From contig CAZDDI010000006.1 in assembly GCA_964504195.1 (NCBI GenBank), positions 48,394 to 112,393 of the forward strand: a stretch of DNA of 64,000 nucleotides, in the 5' to 3' direction. Shown here one piece after another: positions 1 to 8,730 of the stretch. The notes beneath the pieces were generated by a model. It saw nothing but the letters and a program-made list of their open reading frames with translations, was not told where the DNA came from and searched no databases. The position numbers were made by a program, and so were the translations under genes. How positions within the stretch are numbered: the stretch's first letter is position 1; every line of letters begins with the position of its first letter. Origin of the DNA: an uncultured Anaerolineales bacterium. Lineage in GTDB: Bacteria > Chloroflexota > Anaerolineae > B4-G1 > SLSP01.

Positions 1-327
1 GATCCGGCTGGGAATCTCCGCCAGCCGCCCCACCGCGGCCAACATCGTTAATGCCTCGCCCGTGCGGAAATTCCCCGGCACCAGCCCCACGCCCCACCGT
101 GAAAGCGGACGCACCGCGCGCACGGCCTTCTCATTCAGCACCAACAGCCGAAAGACCCCTTCATCCATCTCGCCATCAAGCAACCAACTCGTGGAATTTC
201 CTTGCGGATCTGCATCAATCACAATCACCCGCTTCCCACTCCGCGCCGCACCCACGGCCAGATGAATCGCTAACGTGGTCTTACCCACACCCCCTTTTTG
301 CGTCGCCAAACCCACAATCGTCCCCAT
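1..327 (-). CDS. parA: ParA/Soj family ATPase (N-terminal part; runs off the window edge; not in the ORF track)
   Basis: Manual translation from ATG 327: MGTIVGLATQKGGVGKTTLAIHLA...VIVIDADPQGNST...GLVPGN; deviant Walker A KGGVGKT and DxDPQ motif. Confidence 0.9.
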   Translation of the reverse strand, partial: MGTIVGLATQKGGVGKTTLAIHLAVGAARSGKRVIVIDADPQGNSTSWLLDGEMDEGVFRLLVLNEKAVRAVRPLSRWGVGLVPGNFRTGEALTMLAAVGRLAEIPSRI

Positions 328-346
328 ACTCCACCCCCTTGATAAT

Positions 347-532
347 TTATGCTTGCGCAGCCTCTTGCTGCACTGGCTCTGCTGGCAGCGTCTCATCCAC
401 CGGCCCTACCAGCAACGCGCCGCCAGTCCGTAACAGCTCCACCGGCTCGCGCCCATACCGCTTCACAAATGCCGCCCGCGCCTTTTCATCTTCGCATTGC
501 GGTGTAAATCCCATATAGGTTGCTCCGATCAT
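347..532 (-). CDS. Small hypothetical protein
   Basis: 61-aa ORF in the operon direction between FtsK and ParA. Confidence 0.6.
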   Translation of the reverse strand: MIGATYMGFTPQCEDEKARAAFVKRYGREPVELLRTGGALLVGPVDETLPAEPVQQEAAQA

Positions 533-542
533 TTCTATCTCC

Positions 543-565
543 TTCCGCGTATCCCCATTAGCGGA
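543..565. repeat. Copy 1 of imperfect palindrome TTCCGC(G)TA..CCCATTAGCGG
   Basis: TTCCGCGTATCCCCATTAGCGGA; related copies at 5509-5532 and 9111-9134. Confidence 0.75.
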
Positions 566-581
566 TATTTATTCAATATCC

Positions 582-648
582 CGTGTCACCACCGTGTCAC
601 CGCTTTTTCCGCCGTGTCACCGCGTGTCACCCGTGTCACCGTGTCACC
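582..648 (-). repeat. Six direct copies of CGTGTCACC (GGTGACACG on the minus strand) at the 3' end of the FtsK gene; clt/TRS-like
   Basis: GTGTCACC at 583, 594, 614, 624, 633 and 641, each preceded by C. Confidence 0.85.
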
Positions 649-2006
649 ACCCCCGCAGCCTGGACGGGGGTGGTGAGCAGCTCCGCCAACTCCGCAGTCA
701 CATACCGCGCACTCGCCGCGTCCGCCTGCCCCGTCAACCAGCCCCGGTGCTCCCATTGCCGCGCCAGCTTCGCCAGTTGGCGCTTACTGATCGCCCCCTG
801 GAACTGCTCCGCCAGCCGGTTGATGATGAAAGCCCCATCCAACTGCAAAAGTGCATAGCGCACCAGTTCCGCCTCCACCGTGTCCAATCCGGCCCGCTGC
901 TCCGGGCACAACGCCAACCCGCCCAGCAACGCCTCCCGCGCGGCCTCATCCACATAGCAAGTCTGCACTTCCTGCCAGTCCCCGCCCACAAATGTCAGGC
1001 AACGTCCCTTATCCCGCAGTTGCTCCGCCCCAGCGCGATCCAGAATCACCCGGCTATCACTATTACTCTTCGTGCGGAATGCAATCGCGGTCGGCAAATT
1101 CGCCTTCACTTGCGCGTCAATGACTTTGGTCGTCGGATGCTGCGTTCCCACCATCACACTGATCCCAAACGCCCGCCCCTTCCGCGCGAGCTCTACCAGC
1201 GTGTCCATCGTCGGCGTCCCCGCGAAGTCCGCCGCCTCATCTACCACCAACAGGATCAGCGGTAGCGTCTCATCCGCGCCCGCGTTGTACTGCTGCCAGT
1301 TGGGGACGCGCGCCCCGGCCAGCAACGCCCGCCGCCGTAATAGTTCCCCCATCGTCTGCTCGATAGCGCGCTCGCACTCTTCAATCTCGTTGGCGATGGG
1401 ATACAGCAGTTGCGGAAGTTCGCTGTACATCGTGAAATCCACTAACTTCGGATCGAGCAGCACCAGCCGAAACTCGTTCGGCCCATGCTTCGCGGCGAGC
1501 TGCACCAGCACACTCTGGATGAACGTCGTCTTCCCGAAGCCGCTTGTCCCGCCCACCAGAATCGCCCGGTGTTCGTCGCCGATGTCCAGCGTCACGGCCC
1601 CCTGCGCCCCATACCCCAGACATACTGCGTAAGGCGCAGCCGGGAGCAGCTCGGTCGTCAATGGCAGATGCGTCGGCACCGTGCACGCTGCATTTCCCAA
1701 CGCCTGCCGCTGCATCCCCGGCTGACGGCTCACCGCCACCGCCAGGCCACCCGCATCCACCACCCACACCGGATGCCCCCCGGCCATGATACTGATGCTC
1801 TCCCGCAACTCCCACGAAAGCCACCGCTCCCGCGTGACATTTCCCAAGCGTTGCATATCCAGCGCAAACACACAATACTCCGGGAAGACAAACCCCGTCG
1901 CTTCTGGCACCACATACCCGCCCTGCTGCGGCCGCTCCAACAGCCACCCCTGCGTGCGCAGCGCCCGCAACACCGCTTCCCAATACGTCTCGATCTCACG
2001 CATCAT
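636..2006 (-). CDS. FtsK/SpoIIIE family DNA translocase (TraB-like)
   Basis: Walker A GGTSGFGKT, LLDPK, Walker B LLVVDEAAD, RKGRAFGISVMVGTQHP, GAEQL..KG; possible C-terminal winged helix. Confidence 0.92.
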   Translation of the reverse strand: MMREIETYWEAVLRALRTQGWLLERPQQGGYVVPEATGFVFPEYCVFALDMQRLGNVTRERWLSWELRESISIMAGGHPVWVVDAGGLAVAVSRQPGMQRQALGNAACTVPTHLPLTTELLPAAPYAVCLGYGAQGAVTLDIGDEHRAILVGGTSGFGKTTFIQSVLVQLAAKHGPNEFRLVLLDPKLVDFTMYSELPQLLYPIANEIEECERAIEQTMGELLRRRALLAGARVPNWQQYNAGADETLPLILLVVDEAADFAGTPTMDTLVELARKGRAFGISVMVGTQHPTTKVIDAQVKANLPTAIAFRTKSNSDSRVILDRAGAEQLRDKGRCLTFVGGDWQEVQTCYVDEAAREALLGGLALCPEQRAGLDTVEAELVRYALLQLDGAFIINRLAEQFQGAISKRQLAKLARQWEHRGWLTGQADAASARYVTAELAELLTTPVQAAGVVTR

Positions 2007-2028
2007 TCACCCCCCGTCTCATGGCGCA

Positions 2029-2250
2029 TCAATGCGACACTAATGCCGCGCCCTCTATGTCTTTAGCATCAGTGCCACATTGATGCAGAGCGTCTTCCAC
2101 AACGACTACATCTAGGCGAAGACCGGCTTTTGCGAGTGTCCAGCGCAGAATGTTAGCACAACTGCGCTCACCCCAAATCATATTTGATTCCTGCTCCAAA
2201 ATCGGCACCATTGCCTCGGCTGCTTTCTCAATCATTTCCTCGTTGTTCAT
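2029..2250 (-). CDS. Hypothetical protein
   Basis: 73-aa ORF, more AT-rich than its neighbours, RBS-like GGAGG upstream. Confidence 0.55.
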   Translation of the reverse strand: MNNEEMIEKAAEAMVPILEQESNMIWGERSCANILRWTLAKAGLRLDVVVVEDALHQCGTDAKDIEGAALVSH

Positions 2251-2267
2251 AGTTCCTCCAATTCCGC

Positions 2268-2507
2268 CTAACCGTTAGACTTCAGCGGCGCGGCGTCGGT
2301 AACCGGTTCGCTGAGTGTGCCTGCTGTAGCCGCGTCCGCTGCAACTAGGCGAAGCCGCATTTGAAAACAATCTCGATGCGGATGAGCACAATACAGATAG
2401 TGATGTACTGGCGTGCGTTGCAGATACTTACAGCCCGTAGACGCACAACCTAAAACCCGCCAACCAGTTACCGGGCAGATTTGTGGAAATACTGAGTGCT
2501 CATCCAT
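2268..2507 (-). CDS. Small Cys/His-rich hypothetical protein
   Basis: CPVTG..GCASTGCKY..HHYLYCAHPHRDC; start codon uncertain. Confidence 0.4.
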   Translation of the reverse strand: MDEHSVFPQICPVTGWRVLGCASTGCKYLQRTPVHHYLYCAHPHRDCFQMRLRLVAADAATAGTLSEPVTDAAPLKSNG

Positions 2508-2529
2508 AATGATTCCGCCTAACACGCGC

Positions 2530-3582
2530 TTAACCCGCGTGCCCCCCGATCACCCGCCACTCCGCCTCAATCGCGTCCGCGATAGGCGCAGGCAACACCC
2601 CCGCCGCTTTCGCGTGGCGGATGCTCCGAAATTCCCGTACCTGGCCCAGCCCCGGCGCGCGGCGCTCCGGCTGGGACTCGCTCACCGTCTTACCCGATGG
2701 ACGGCCCGCGCGCACCAGCATAATGCTCTGATCGCGCTCCGTCACCGCCGATTGCTCTTCCGGCGAGGGCAGCGCCGCCTGCGTATACTCCAACACCGGC
2801 CCCCACGAGCGTCCCGGCAACGCCACACCCCCATTCAACATAATGATCTCCCGCTCCTGCGGGCCGAACTTCACCACCCGCGCCCGCTTTTCTGCGACCC
2901 CCAATAGCCGCCATACCCCTACCAGCAACACCACCGCCATCAACCCGGTGAATACCAGCGGCGCCCACGCCTTCACAGAATTCACCTGCTCCGCGCGCAC
3001 CAGCGATAACTGCTCCTGCTCCACGCGCACCGCCTGGAGCGTGCCCACCGCCTGCAACGCCTGCACCGTCGCCGTAGCCGCCACCGCCCGCGCTTCAGCC
3101 GTGGCCGTGGCCTGCTCTGCGAACACAATCGCCGAGACCGTCGCGGTAGCCTGCGCCGCCTGCGCCGTAGCATAAGCCTGTTGCTGCTGATACCACGCCG
3201 TAGCGGTAGCCTGGGCCTGCTGCGCCTCCACCGTCGTCTGCCATGCCGTAGCCGTAGCCTGGGCCTGCTGCGCCTCCACCGTCGTCTGCCAGGCCCACGC
3301 CTCAGCCGTAGCCGTAGCCTGCACGGCAATCGCCGTAGCCGTTTGCAGCCCATACAACGCGGCGAGCGTGGCCTCCGCTGCGCGCCGCTCCTGCTCCGCG
3401 CGCACCGTATCCACATACAAATCCACCTGGGCTTGCTCAATAGTAGGTTGCAGTGCCGCCGAGGTTACGACAGGCGGCGAGATCATAGCCGGCGTCAACG
3501 TCAACGCGGTATCATTACACGCCATCAGCAACCCGATCAACACGCTCCACACCAGCCCCACCCAGCCGCGCTTTGTCTGCAT
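2530..3582 (-). CDS. Putative lipoprotein/membrane protein with A/Q/T-rich helical repeats
   Basis: Likely start ATG 3582 (MQTKRGWVGLVWSVLIGLLMAC, lipobox-like); duplicated AWQTTVEAQQAQATAT; TM segment WAPLVFTGLMAVVLLVGVW. Confidence 0.75.
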   Translation of the reverse strand: MQTKRGWVGLVWSVLIGLLMACNDTALTLTPAMISPPVVTSAALQPTIEQAQVDLYVDTVRAEQERRAAEATLAALYGLQTATAIAVQATATAEAWAWQTTVEAQQAQATATAWQTTVEAQQAQATATAWYQQQQAYATAQAAQATATVSAIVFAEQATATAEARAVAATATVQALQAVGTLQAVRVEQEQLSLVRAEQVNSVKAWAPLVFTGLMAVVLLVGVWRLLGVAEKRARVVKFGPQEREIIMLNGGVALPGRSWGPVLEYTQAALPSPEEQSAVTERDQSIMLVRAGRPSGKTVSESQPERRAPGLGQVREFRSIRHAKAAGVLPAPIADAIEAEWRVIGGHAG

Positions 3583-3586
3583 CACC

Positions 3587-4042
3587 TCATACCTCCGGAT
3601 ACCACACCGCATCTTCACGCGGCGACACCGGGAGCGACCGTTGGGGATGGGGTGCTTGCATATCCCGCAACATACTGAGCACCTGGAGCTGCACCAACTG
3701 CTGCACCAGCGCTTCCGTGCCCCCTGCGGCGAGTTCTGCGCGCGCCGGGTTGTCTCCAAGTCGCTTCCAGCCCGCATTCGGCCCAGACGCCCACTGCGCC
3801 CGCTGCGCCCGCTGCACCCGTAGACGTAGCCAGACATACCCCCCCATCACCGCCAGCAACCCGACAATCACCAGACCCAGGGTCAACACCAACCCCGCGC
3901 TAGAAGCCGCCGCCGTGTGCTGCGCCGTGAGCGCCACCTGCGCCTCCAACACCCGGGCGTGATTCGCCTGGATGCTCGCCACCGCGAACCCGCCACCCAC
4001 CAGCAAAGCCAATACCACAATCAGCCCAATTAAAAATGTCAT
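3587..4042 (-). CDS. Two-TM membrane protein
   Basis: Two hydrophobic helices; adjoins the next ORF start. Confidence 0.7.
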   Translation of the reverse strand: MTFLIGLIVVLALLVGGGFAVASIQANHARVLEAQVALTAQHTAAASSAGLVLTLGLVIVGLLAVMGGYVWLRLRVQRAQRAQWASGPNAGWKRLGDNPARAELAAGGTEALVQQLVQLQVLSMLRDMQAPHPQRSLPVSPREDAVWYPEV

Positions 4043-4149
4043 CTATCACCCCCACCTGCTTGCCTTTCCCCCGGCCCTGTGCGATAATAAAAGTGGATCA
4101 GCGACCACCTGTATCCACCCCCCAAGGCCCACCGCCCCACCGGTGGGCC

Positions 4150-4731
4150 TCATTCTTTTTCTGCCAACCGTACCAGCGATTCAGCAATCACCGCCAACAA
4201 GCGCACCTGCACTTCCGCCTCCGTCGCCCCGTCATCAAACAAATCCAGGGCTATATCAATACGCCGAATTTGTCGCCCACCCCATAACGGCGGCGCTGGC
4301 TCATGCTCATCTACAATCCGCTCCTCTTCACCCATCGCCACGCACCGCACCGCAACACTCTCCGCAGCCTGCGCCAACCACAGCGCCACATTATGCCGCG
4401 TCGGTACAGGATAAGTATGCTTGTCCAACTCCACCACAATATCCCCACCATCAGCATCACGGTGTAGTTGCACCTTGAACACGAATTTCTGATCGAACGC
4501 CCGAAATTCCACGCGCGCCCACCACCACTCATCCAGGCAATAGAAAACTTCTGGATTCAATGCTGCTAACTCCGCGCTAGATAACTCCATCTCGCACCGC
4601 ACAAAGTCCAGAATAACCGCCTTCATCGCAGCCACCTTAGCAGCCGCCTCCGCCTCTTGCGCCATCAAATACGCCTGCTCTTGCGCCAATAACTCCCGCC
4701 CCTGCCGTAAAATCTTATCTAACCCTGCCAT
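4150..4731 (-). CDS. Hypothetical protein
   Basis: 193-aa ORF with RBS; followed by the hairpin AGGCCCACCG/CGGTGGGCCT at 4125-4150. Confidence 0.7.
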   Translation of the reverse strand: MAGLDKILRQGRELLAQEQAYLMAQEAEAAAKVAAMKAVILDFVRCEMELSSAELAALNPEVFYCLDEWWWARVEFRAFDQKFVFKVQLHRDADGGDIVVELDKHTYPVPTRHNVALWLAQAAESVAVRCVAMGEEERIVDEHEPAPPLWGGRQIRRIDIALDLFDDGATEAEVQVRLLAVIAESLVRLAEKE

Positions 4732-4741
4732 CGTGATCCTC

Positions 4742-4966
4742 CTATCCTAAATCTTCCGGTCTAATCGGAGCGCCCACATTGCTCAGCAGCCAGGCGATCC
4801 GCTGCAACTCATGCAACGCCTGCGCCTGGCGTCGCAACGTCTCCGTCCGATCCAACGCCATCCCCTCCACCAGCGGCGTCAGCAGCCGGATGCCGCGCAT
4901 CGCAGCCTCGGCGGCCTGATCGCGCACCTCCTTCGCTGCATTCGGCCACGGCCGGCGTCCGGTCAT
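4742..4966 (-). CDS. Hypothetical protein (74 aa)
   Basis: ATG 4966 overlaps the TGA of the upstream ORF (ATGA coupling). Confidence 0.65.
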   Translation of the reverse strand: MTGRRPWPNAAKEVRDQAAEAAMRGIRLLTPLVEGMALDRTETLRRQAQALHELQRIAWLLSNVGAPIRPEDLG

Positions 4967-5268
4967 CGCCCCTCCCGCGCCAACTGCTGCGCCCGGCGGC
5001 GCCGCTGCACATGCCGCCACCACGAGCCGAGTACCATCCAAAAGCCAGAGGCCGCAAACGCCCCTAGCATCCCCAGCGCACACGGCCACGCCACCACCGC
5101 CATCGCGCCCAGCGTTACCGCAGTCCCCACCACCACGAGCAACGCCGTATACCCCTCGTCATAGCCATGCTGCTCCAACCACGCCACCACCAGGTTGTAA
5201 ATAAAACCAAAGCCAAAAAGCAGCCCATAAATCAGCCCGATCTTGTCCCAATTTGTCACAGATTCCAT
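4963..5268 (-). CDS. Small multi-TM membrane protein
   Basis: Three hydrophobic segments. Confidence 0.7.
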   Translation of the reverse strand: MESVTNWDKIGLIYGLLFGFGFIYNLVVAWLEQHGYDEGYTALLVVVGTAVTLGAMAVVAWPCALGMLGAFAASGFWMVLGSWWRHVQRRRRAQQLAREGR

Positions 5269-5296
5269 GTTTGCTCATCCTCACCTTACAATGAAT

Positions 5297-5482
5297 TTAA
5301 CCTGAACGCTCGAACAACTGCCGTTGCGCGGGAGTCTCATTCACAAACTGCAACACATACGCATCCACTCGCCGCTCCAACTCCCTGGCCCGCGCCAACG
5401 CCGTGCGCGTGCGAACCGTAAAAAACTCTTGCTGCGCCTCGCGCATCTCACGCACCAGAGCTACAAACTCGGTCTGCTTCAT
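5297..5482 (-). CDS. Small phage/ICE-type hypothetical protein
   Basis: MKQTEFVALVREMREAQQEFF.. helical ORF with a purine-rich RBS. Confidence 0.65.
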   Translation of the reverse strand: MKQTEFVALVREMREAQQEFFTVRTRTALARARELERRVDAYVLQFVNETPAQRQLFERSG

Positions 5483-5508
5483 CCCCTTCCCCTCCGCACC
5501 TTAAAACC

Positions 5509-5532
5509 TTCCGCTAATTCCCATTAGCGGAA
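5509..5532. repeat. Perfect palindrome TTCCGCTAAT-TCCC-ATTAGCGGAA immediately after the recombinase stop
   Basis: 10-bp arms with a 4-bp centre; core shared with 543-565 and 9111-9134. Confidence 0.8.
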
Positions 5533-5537
5533 CATAA

Positions 5538-6917
5538 TTACCGCTTACCGCGGCGCTGCCGCGGCGCCGCCGGTTGCGCCTCTGCGCTGGCCGTAGCCGC
5601 CGCCAAAATCTCCATGAGCGGCGCGCTGGGATTCTCAGCCGCCATATCCACCCAATCAATATACGCGCCGGTGATCTTAGAATCCGCGTGCCCCATGCTA
5701 TACGCCAGCACCTCCCGGTTCACATCCTTGCCCTTTTTCTCCACATACAACGTGGCGTAAGTGTGCCGGAGCGCGTGGCAGCTCACCCCCTCGCGCTTCA
5801 GCCCCGCCGCCTCCAGATACACATCCACCCGCTGGCGAATCGAGCGCTGACTTAACCGCGTGCCCCAGTCATCCCCGCGATGCAACGACACAAACAACGC
5901 GGTCTCATTGAACTTGTACAGCGCCCGCATCCGCAACCACATATCCAGTTCCGTCTGCATCTCCGGGCGCAGAATAATCGTGCGCGGCTTATCGCCCTTG
6001 CCCAGCAGCTGTAGCGTGCCCTGCTCGCCCCGCGCATTGGGTTCGTAATCTTCCAGATTCAACCGCTGCACCTCAATATTCCGCAACCCATGCAACATCA
6101 TCAAATCAATCATCACCCGATCGCGCACCGCTGCCGCCTTCTTATCGGGATTGTCGGCGTTCAAATACACCCCCACCACCGTCGCCAGCAAACGCTGGGC
6201 CTGCCGCTCAGTGAGCGCCTTGATCTTCTCCACTGCCGACCGCTGATCTTGCGGCATCCGCACCACCGTGTCCATATCCTCCAGCGGATTCCCATAAGTG
6301 AGCCGCCGCTTCCTGGTGAAGGTGAAAAATGTGTTCAGGCTCGAGCGCTTCTTGCCCAACGTGGCCGGGCTATAACTGCCATCCGTGGCGCGCGGATTGC
6401 GCGAACCGGTATACTGCGCGTGCCCCGGCGCTACCAGATGCTCCATGAACGCCTGCGTCACTTCGGGCAACACCAGCAACAGCGGAATCCCCTCCGCCGT
6501 CTCCTGCTCCAAGCGCTCCCACAGCGCCCACAACGCCTCTGGGCCAGCAAACCACTCCGGGAGGGGCGGCAACTCCTGCTCTACCAGCCAGCGCAAAAAC
6601 TGCTCGGCATCGCTCAGGTAAGATTCCACTGTGCGCGGCGAGGGGCGCCGCTTGCGCGGGGCTACATTCTGCATAATCCAGGCTTCAAACGCCTCTAAAA
6701 TCTGTGGAATATCCGCACTCGTCACCGGCGTGGTGGGGTTGATGCCCTGCCAGACCTGCGGCGTCCCGCTGGGGCGGGTGGGGCGTTCGGCCAGCGTCGT
6801 CACCTCATCGCCGCGGGCGGGCACATCCACCACCCCCGCCGAGCCGAACAAGTCGGTAGCTGCGACCTCGACAAACTCAACGTCTATCACATCCACATCT
6901 GGTTGCTGCATCGTCAC
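5538..6917 (-). CDS. Tyrosine recombinase/integrase (XerC-like fold)
   Basis: Catalytic set intact: GLRNIE (R), GKGDK (K), HALRH (HxxR), MGHAD (H), GAY (Y); N-terminal SAM-like region. Confidence 0.93.
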   Translation of the reverse strand: MTMQQPDVDVIDVEFVEVAATDLFGSAGVVDVPARGDEVTTLAERPTRPSGTPQVWQGINPTTPVTSADIPQILEAFEAWIMQNVAPRKRRPSPRTVESYLSDAEQFLRWLVEQELPPLPEWFAGPEALWALWERLEQETAEGIPLLLVLPEVTQAFMEHLVAPGHAQYTGSRNPRATDGSYSPATLGKKRSSLNTFFTFTRKRRLTYGNPLEDMDTVVRMPQDQRSAVEKIKALTERQAQRLLATVVGVYLNADNPDKKAAAVRDRVMIDLMMLHGLRNIEVQRLNLEDYEPNARGEQGTLQLLGKGDKPRTIILRPEMQTELDMWLRMRALYKFNETALFVSLHRGDDWGTRLSQRSIRQRVDVYLEAAGLKREGVSCHALRHTYATLYVEKKGKDVNREVLAYSMGHADSKITGAYIDWVDMAAENPSAPLMEILAAATASAEAQPAAPRQRRGKR

Positions 6918-7081
6918 ACCCCCACCAGGGGGAGAGCGTCACCCCAATGGACGCTCTCCCCAGCCACAAGGAGGAAACCCGACCCGCGCAACGCGAGCCA
7001 CGCCCCGCTTGGAGACTCGAACTCCACCCGGCGACCCTTGCGGAGCACCCGTACCAAAGCTGCCTCAAAAGCGGTCTGCAT
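6914..7081 (-). CDS. Small hypothetical protein (55 aa; not in the ORF track)
   Basis: MQTAFEAALVRVLRKGRRVEF...; its TGA overlaps the GTG start of the recombinase. Confidence 0.5.
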   Translation of the reverse strand: MQTAFEAALVRVLRKGRRVEFESPSGAWLALRGSGFLLVAGESVHWGDALPLVGV

Positions 7082-7187
7082 CCCGCCGCTCCCGTCTGCC
7101 AGCGCTCACCCACAACGCCGCATACAACAACACCGCTACCGCACCCACCACCACCCCCGCGCCAAAAGCCAGCAGCAGCCCGCTCAC
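7065..7187 (-). CDS. Small single-TM protein (40 aa; not in the ORF track)
   Basis: MSGLLLAFGAGVVVGAVAVLLYAALW..; GTG overlaps the upstream TGA. Confidence 0.5.
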   Translation of the reverse strand: MSGLLLAFGAGVVVGAVAVLLYAALWVSAGRRERRDADRF

Positions 7188-7405
7188 TGCACACCGCCTG
7201 CGGTGGTCGCCGCCCCGGGAAACGCCCCCAACGGTAACGCCCCGCGCTGCTCCAAAGCCTCGCGCAGCAAGCGCACCGCCATAATCCGCGCATCCTCAAT
7301 CCCCTGGCGCCGCGTCTCATTTCCCAAAGCCACTGAAATTTCCACATCAAATCCAACAGATCGTGAAAGGGTTATTTTTGCAGGGATTCGCCATACATCC
7401 TTCAT
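7184..7405 (-). CDS. First gene of the leftward operon; possible small regulator
   Basis: 73 aa, RBS GGAGG, divergent from the XRE repressor; function inferred from position only. Confidence 0.55.
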   Translation of the reverse strand: MKDVWRIPAKITLSRSVGFDVEISVALGNETRRQGIEDARIMAVRLLREALEQRGALPLGAFPGAATTAGGVQ

Positions 7406-7422
7406 GTGTACCTCCCGTAATG

Positions 7423-7520
7423 CTTACAACTGTAAGTAGTATATATCCACTTGCAGTTGTAAGCACATGATAAATGACCCATATTTTATATGACATTCAT
7501 CCATCGCTTACCACTGTAAG
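7423..7520. promoter_or_regulatory. Divergent promoter region with three operator palindromes CTTACA-NN-TGTAAG
   Basis: CTTACAACTGTAAG 7423-7436, CTTGCAGTTGTAAG 7450-7463, CTTACCACTGTAAG 7507-7520. Confidence 0.8.
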
Positions 7521-7538
7521 TGATTAAAAGTGTAAACT

Positions 7539-7985
7539 ATGATTATGTCAGACTTTACAGATTGGATAAAAGAAGAACTTACTCTTCGAGGATGGACTCA
7601 AAACGACCTTGCGCGAAGAGCTAATATATCTTCTGGGGGGTTGTCATTGATTATGACAGAACAACGGGGGATAACCGCAAGTGTATGCAGGTCTATCTCA
7701 CGCGCATTGAAACTGCCAGAGGAGGAAGTCTTCCGCCGGGCGGGGCTGCTCAGCGACAAAAAAACGCCCATCGTTGCCGATGAGCGTGAAAAACTAAGCG
7801 TGAAAATAATGCTGGATCTACTGAAACACCTTAGCCAACTCGATGAACGCGAACAACAAGATGTTCTGGCCTACGTTCTACGATCACAACAGCATACGGA
7901 CGCGCGTGTACCACAGGTGCGCGGCAAATCGCGCGATACCGCACCCACCCACAAAACCCTCGCGGCCACCAGCGATAGTGAATGA
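7539..7985 (+). CDS. XRE/CI-like HTH transcriptional repressor
   Basis: WIKEELTLRGWTQNDLARRANISSGGLSLIM..RG is a typical HTH_3 pattern. Confidence 0.88.
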   Translation: MIMSDFTDWIKEELTLRGWTQNDLARRANISSGGLSLIMTEQRGITASVCRSISRALKLPEEEVFRRAGLLSDKKTPIVADEREKLSVKIMLDLLKHLSQLDEREQQDVLAYVLRSQQHTDARVPQVRGKSRDTAPTHKTLAATSDSE

Positions 7986-8106
7986 GCAAGACCAACCAAA
8001 TTGTCAACGTATGCAGCCAGTGTTTTATAGAACGCATGACCTAAGTATACCCTAAATTGATCAAAAAGACACTTACAAAACCGTTAAAAATCTGTCTACA
8101 CCTGTA

Positions 8107-8697
8107 ATGAAAACTAAAACTAAATCCCGCATCCCACCCAAAAAGCGACTCACATTAGGCAATGCGCTCATCATCCTCTGCACTCTCTGTTGCTGCATCA
8201 CCTGCATCGGCACCGCCATTGATAACAGCCTGCGCAGCGCGGGGCTGCTTCCTACCCACACCCCCACGGCCACAGCTACCAATACTGCCACGCCAGGCCC
8301 TACCCGTACCCCACGCCCCACCCGTACCCCACGCCCCACCCATACGCCGCGCCCCGTCCCCACCCGCATCCCCACCCGTACCCCTATCCCCACGCCCACC
8401 CCCATCAGCGGCCCCTACGTCATCATCAGCGCAGTCAACAAAATCGCCGAGCACGTCACCCTCAGCAACCTCGGCGACCAGGCGCAAGACCTAAGCGGCT
8501 GGGTACTCGTCAGCGAACGCGGCAACCAACGCTGCCGGCTCAACGGCATTCTCCAACCCCAAACGACCCTCCGCATCTACGCCCAAACCGGCGTAGACGG
8601 CTACAACTGCGGCTTCACAGACAACATCTGGAACGACTCCGAACACGATCCAGCCGTGCTCTATAACCCAGCAGGCCAAGAAATTGATCGCTACTAA
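8107..8697 (+). CDS. Membrane-anchored lamin-tail-domain (LTD) protein with a PT-rich linker
   Basis: TM helix, (PTRT)n linker, VIISAVN..EHVTLSN.G....DLSGWVL..E LTD pattern. Confidence 0.75.
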   Translation: MKTKTKSRIPPKKRLTLGNALIILCTLCCCITCIGTAIDNSLRSAGLLPTHTPTATATNTATPGPTRTPRPTRTPRPTHTPRPVPTRIPTRTPIPTPTPISGPYVIISAVNKIAEHVTLSNLGDQAQDLSGWVLVSERGNQRCRLNGILQPQTTLRIYAQTGVDGYNCGFTDNIWNDSEHDPAVLYNPAGQEIDRY

Positions 8698-8730
8698 TCA
8701 TTTATCTCCCTATAGGAGACTCTTATTTGA

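Noticed and set aside
1-327. Apparent frameshift in ParA
   Set aside because: Careful translation shows 109 contiguous codons in one frame
2530-3837. 435-aa ORF start at 3837
   Set aside because: The N-terminal extension overlaps the upstream membrane gene; ATG 3582 gives a signal/lipobox start
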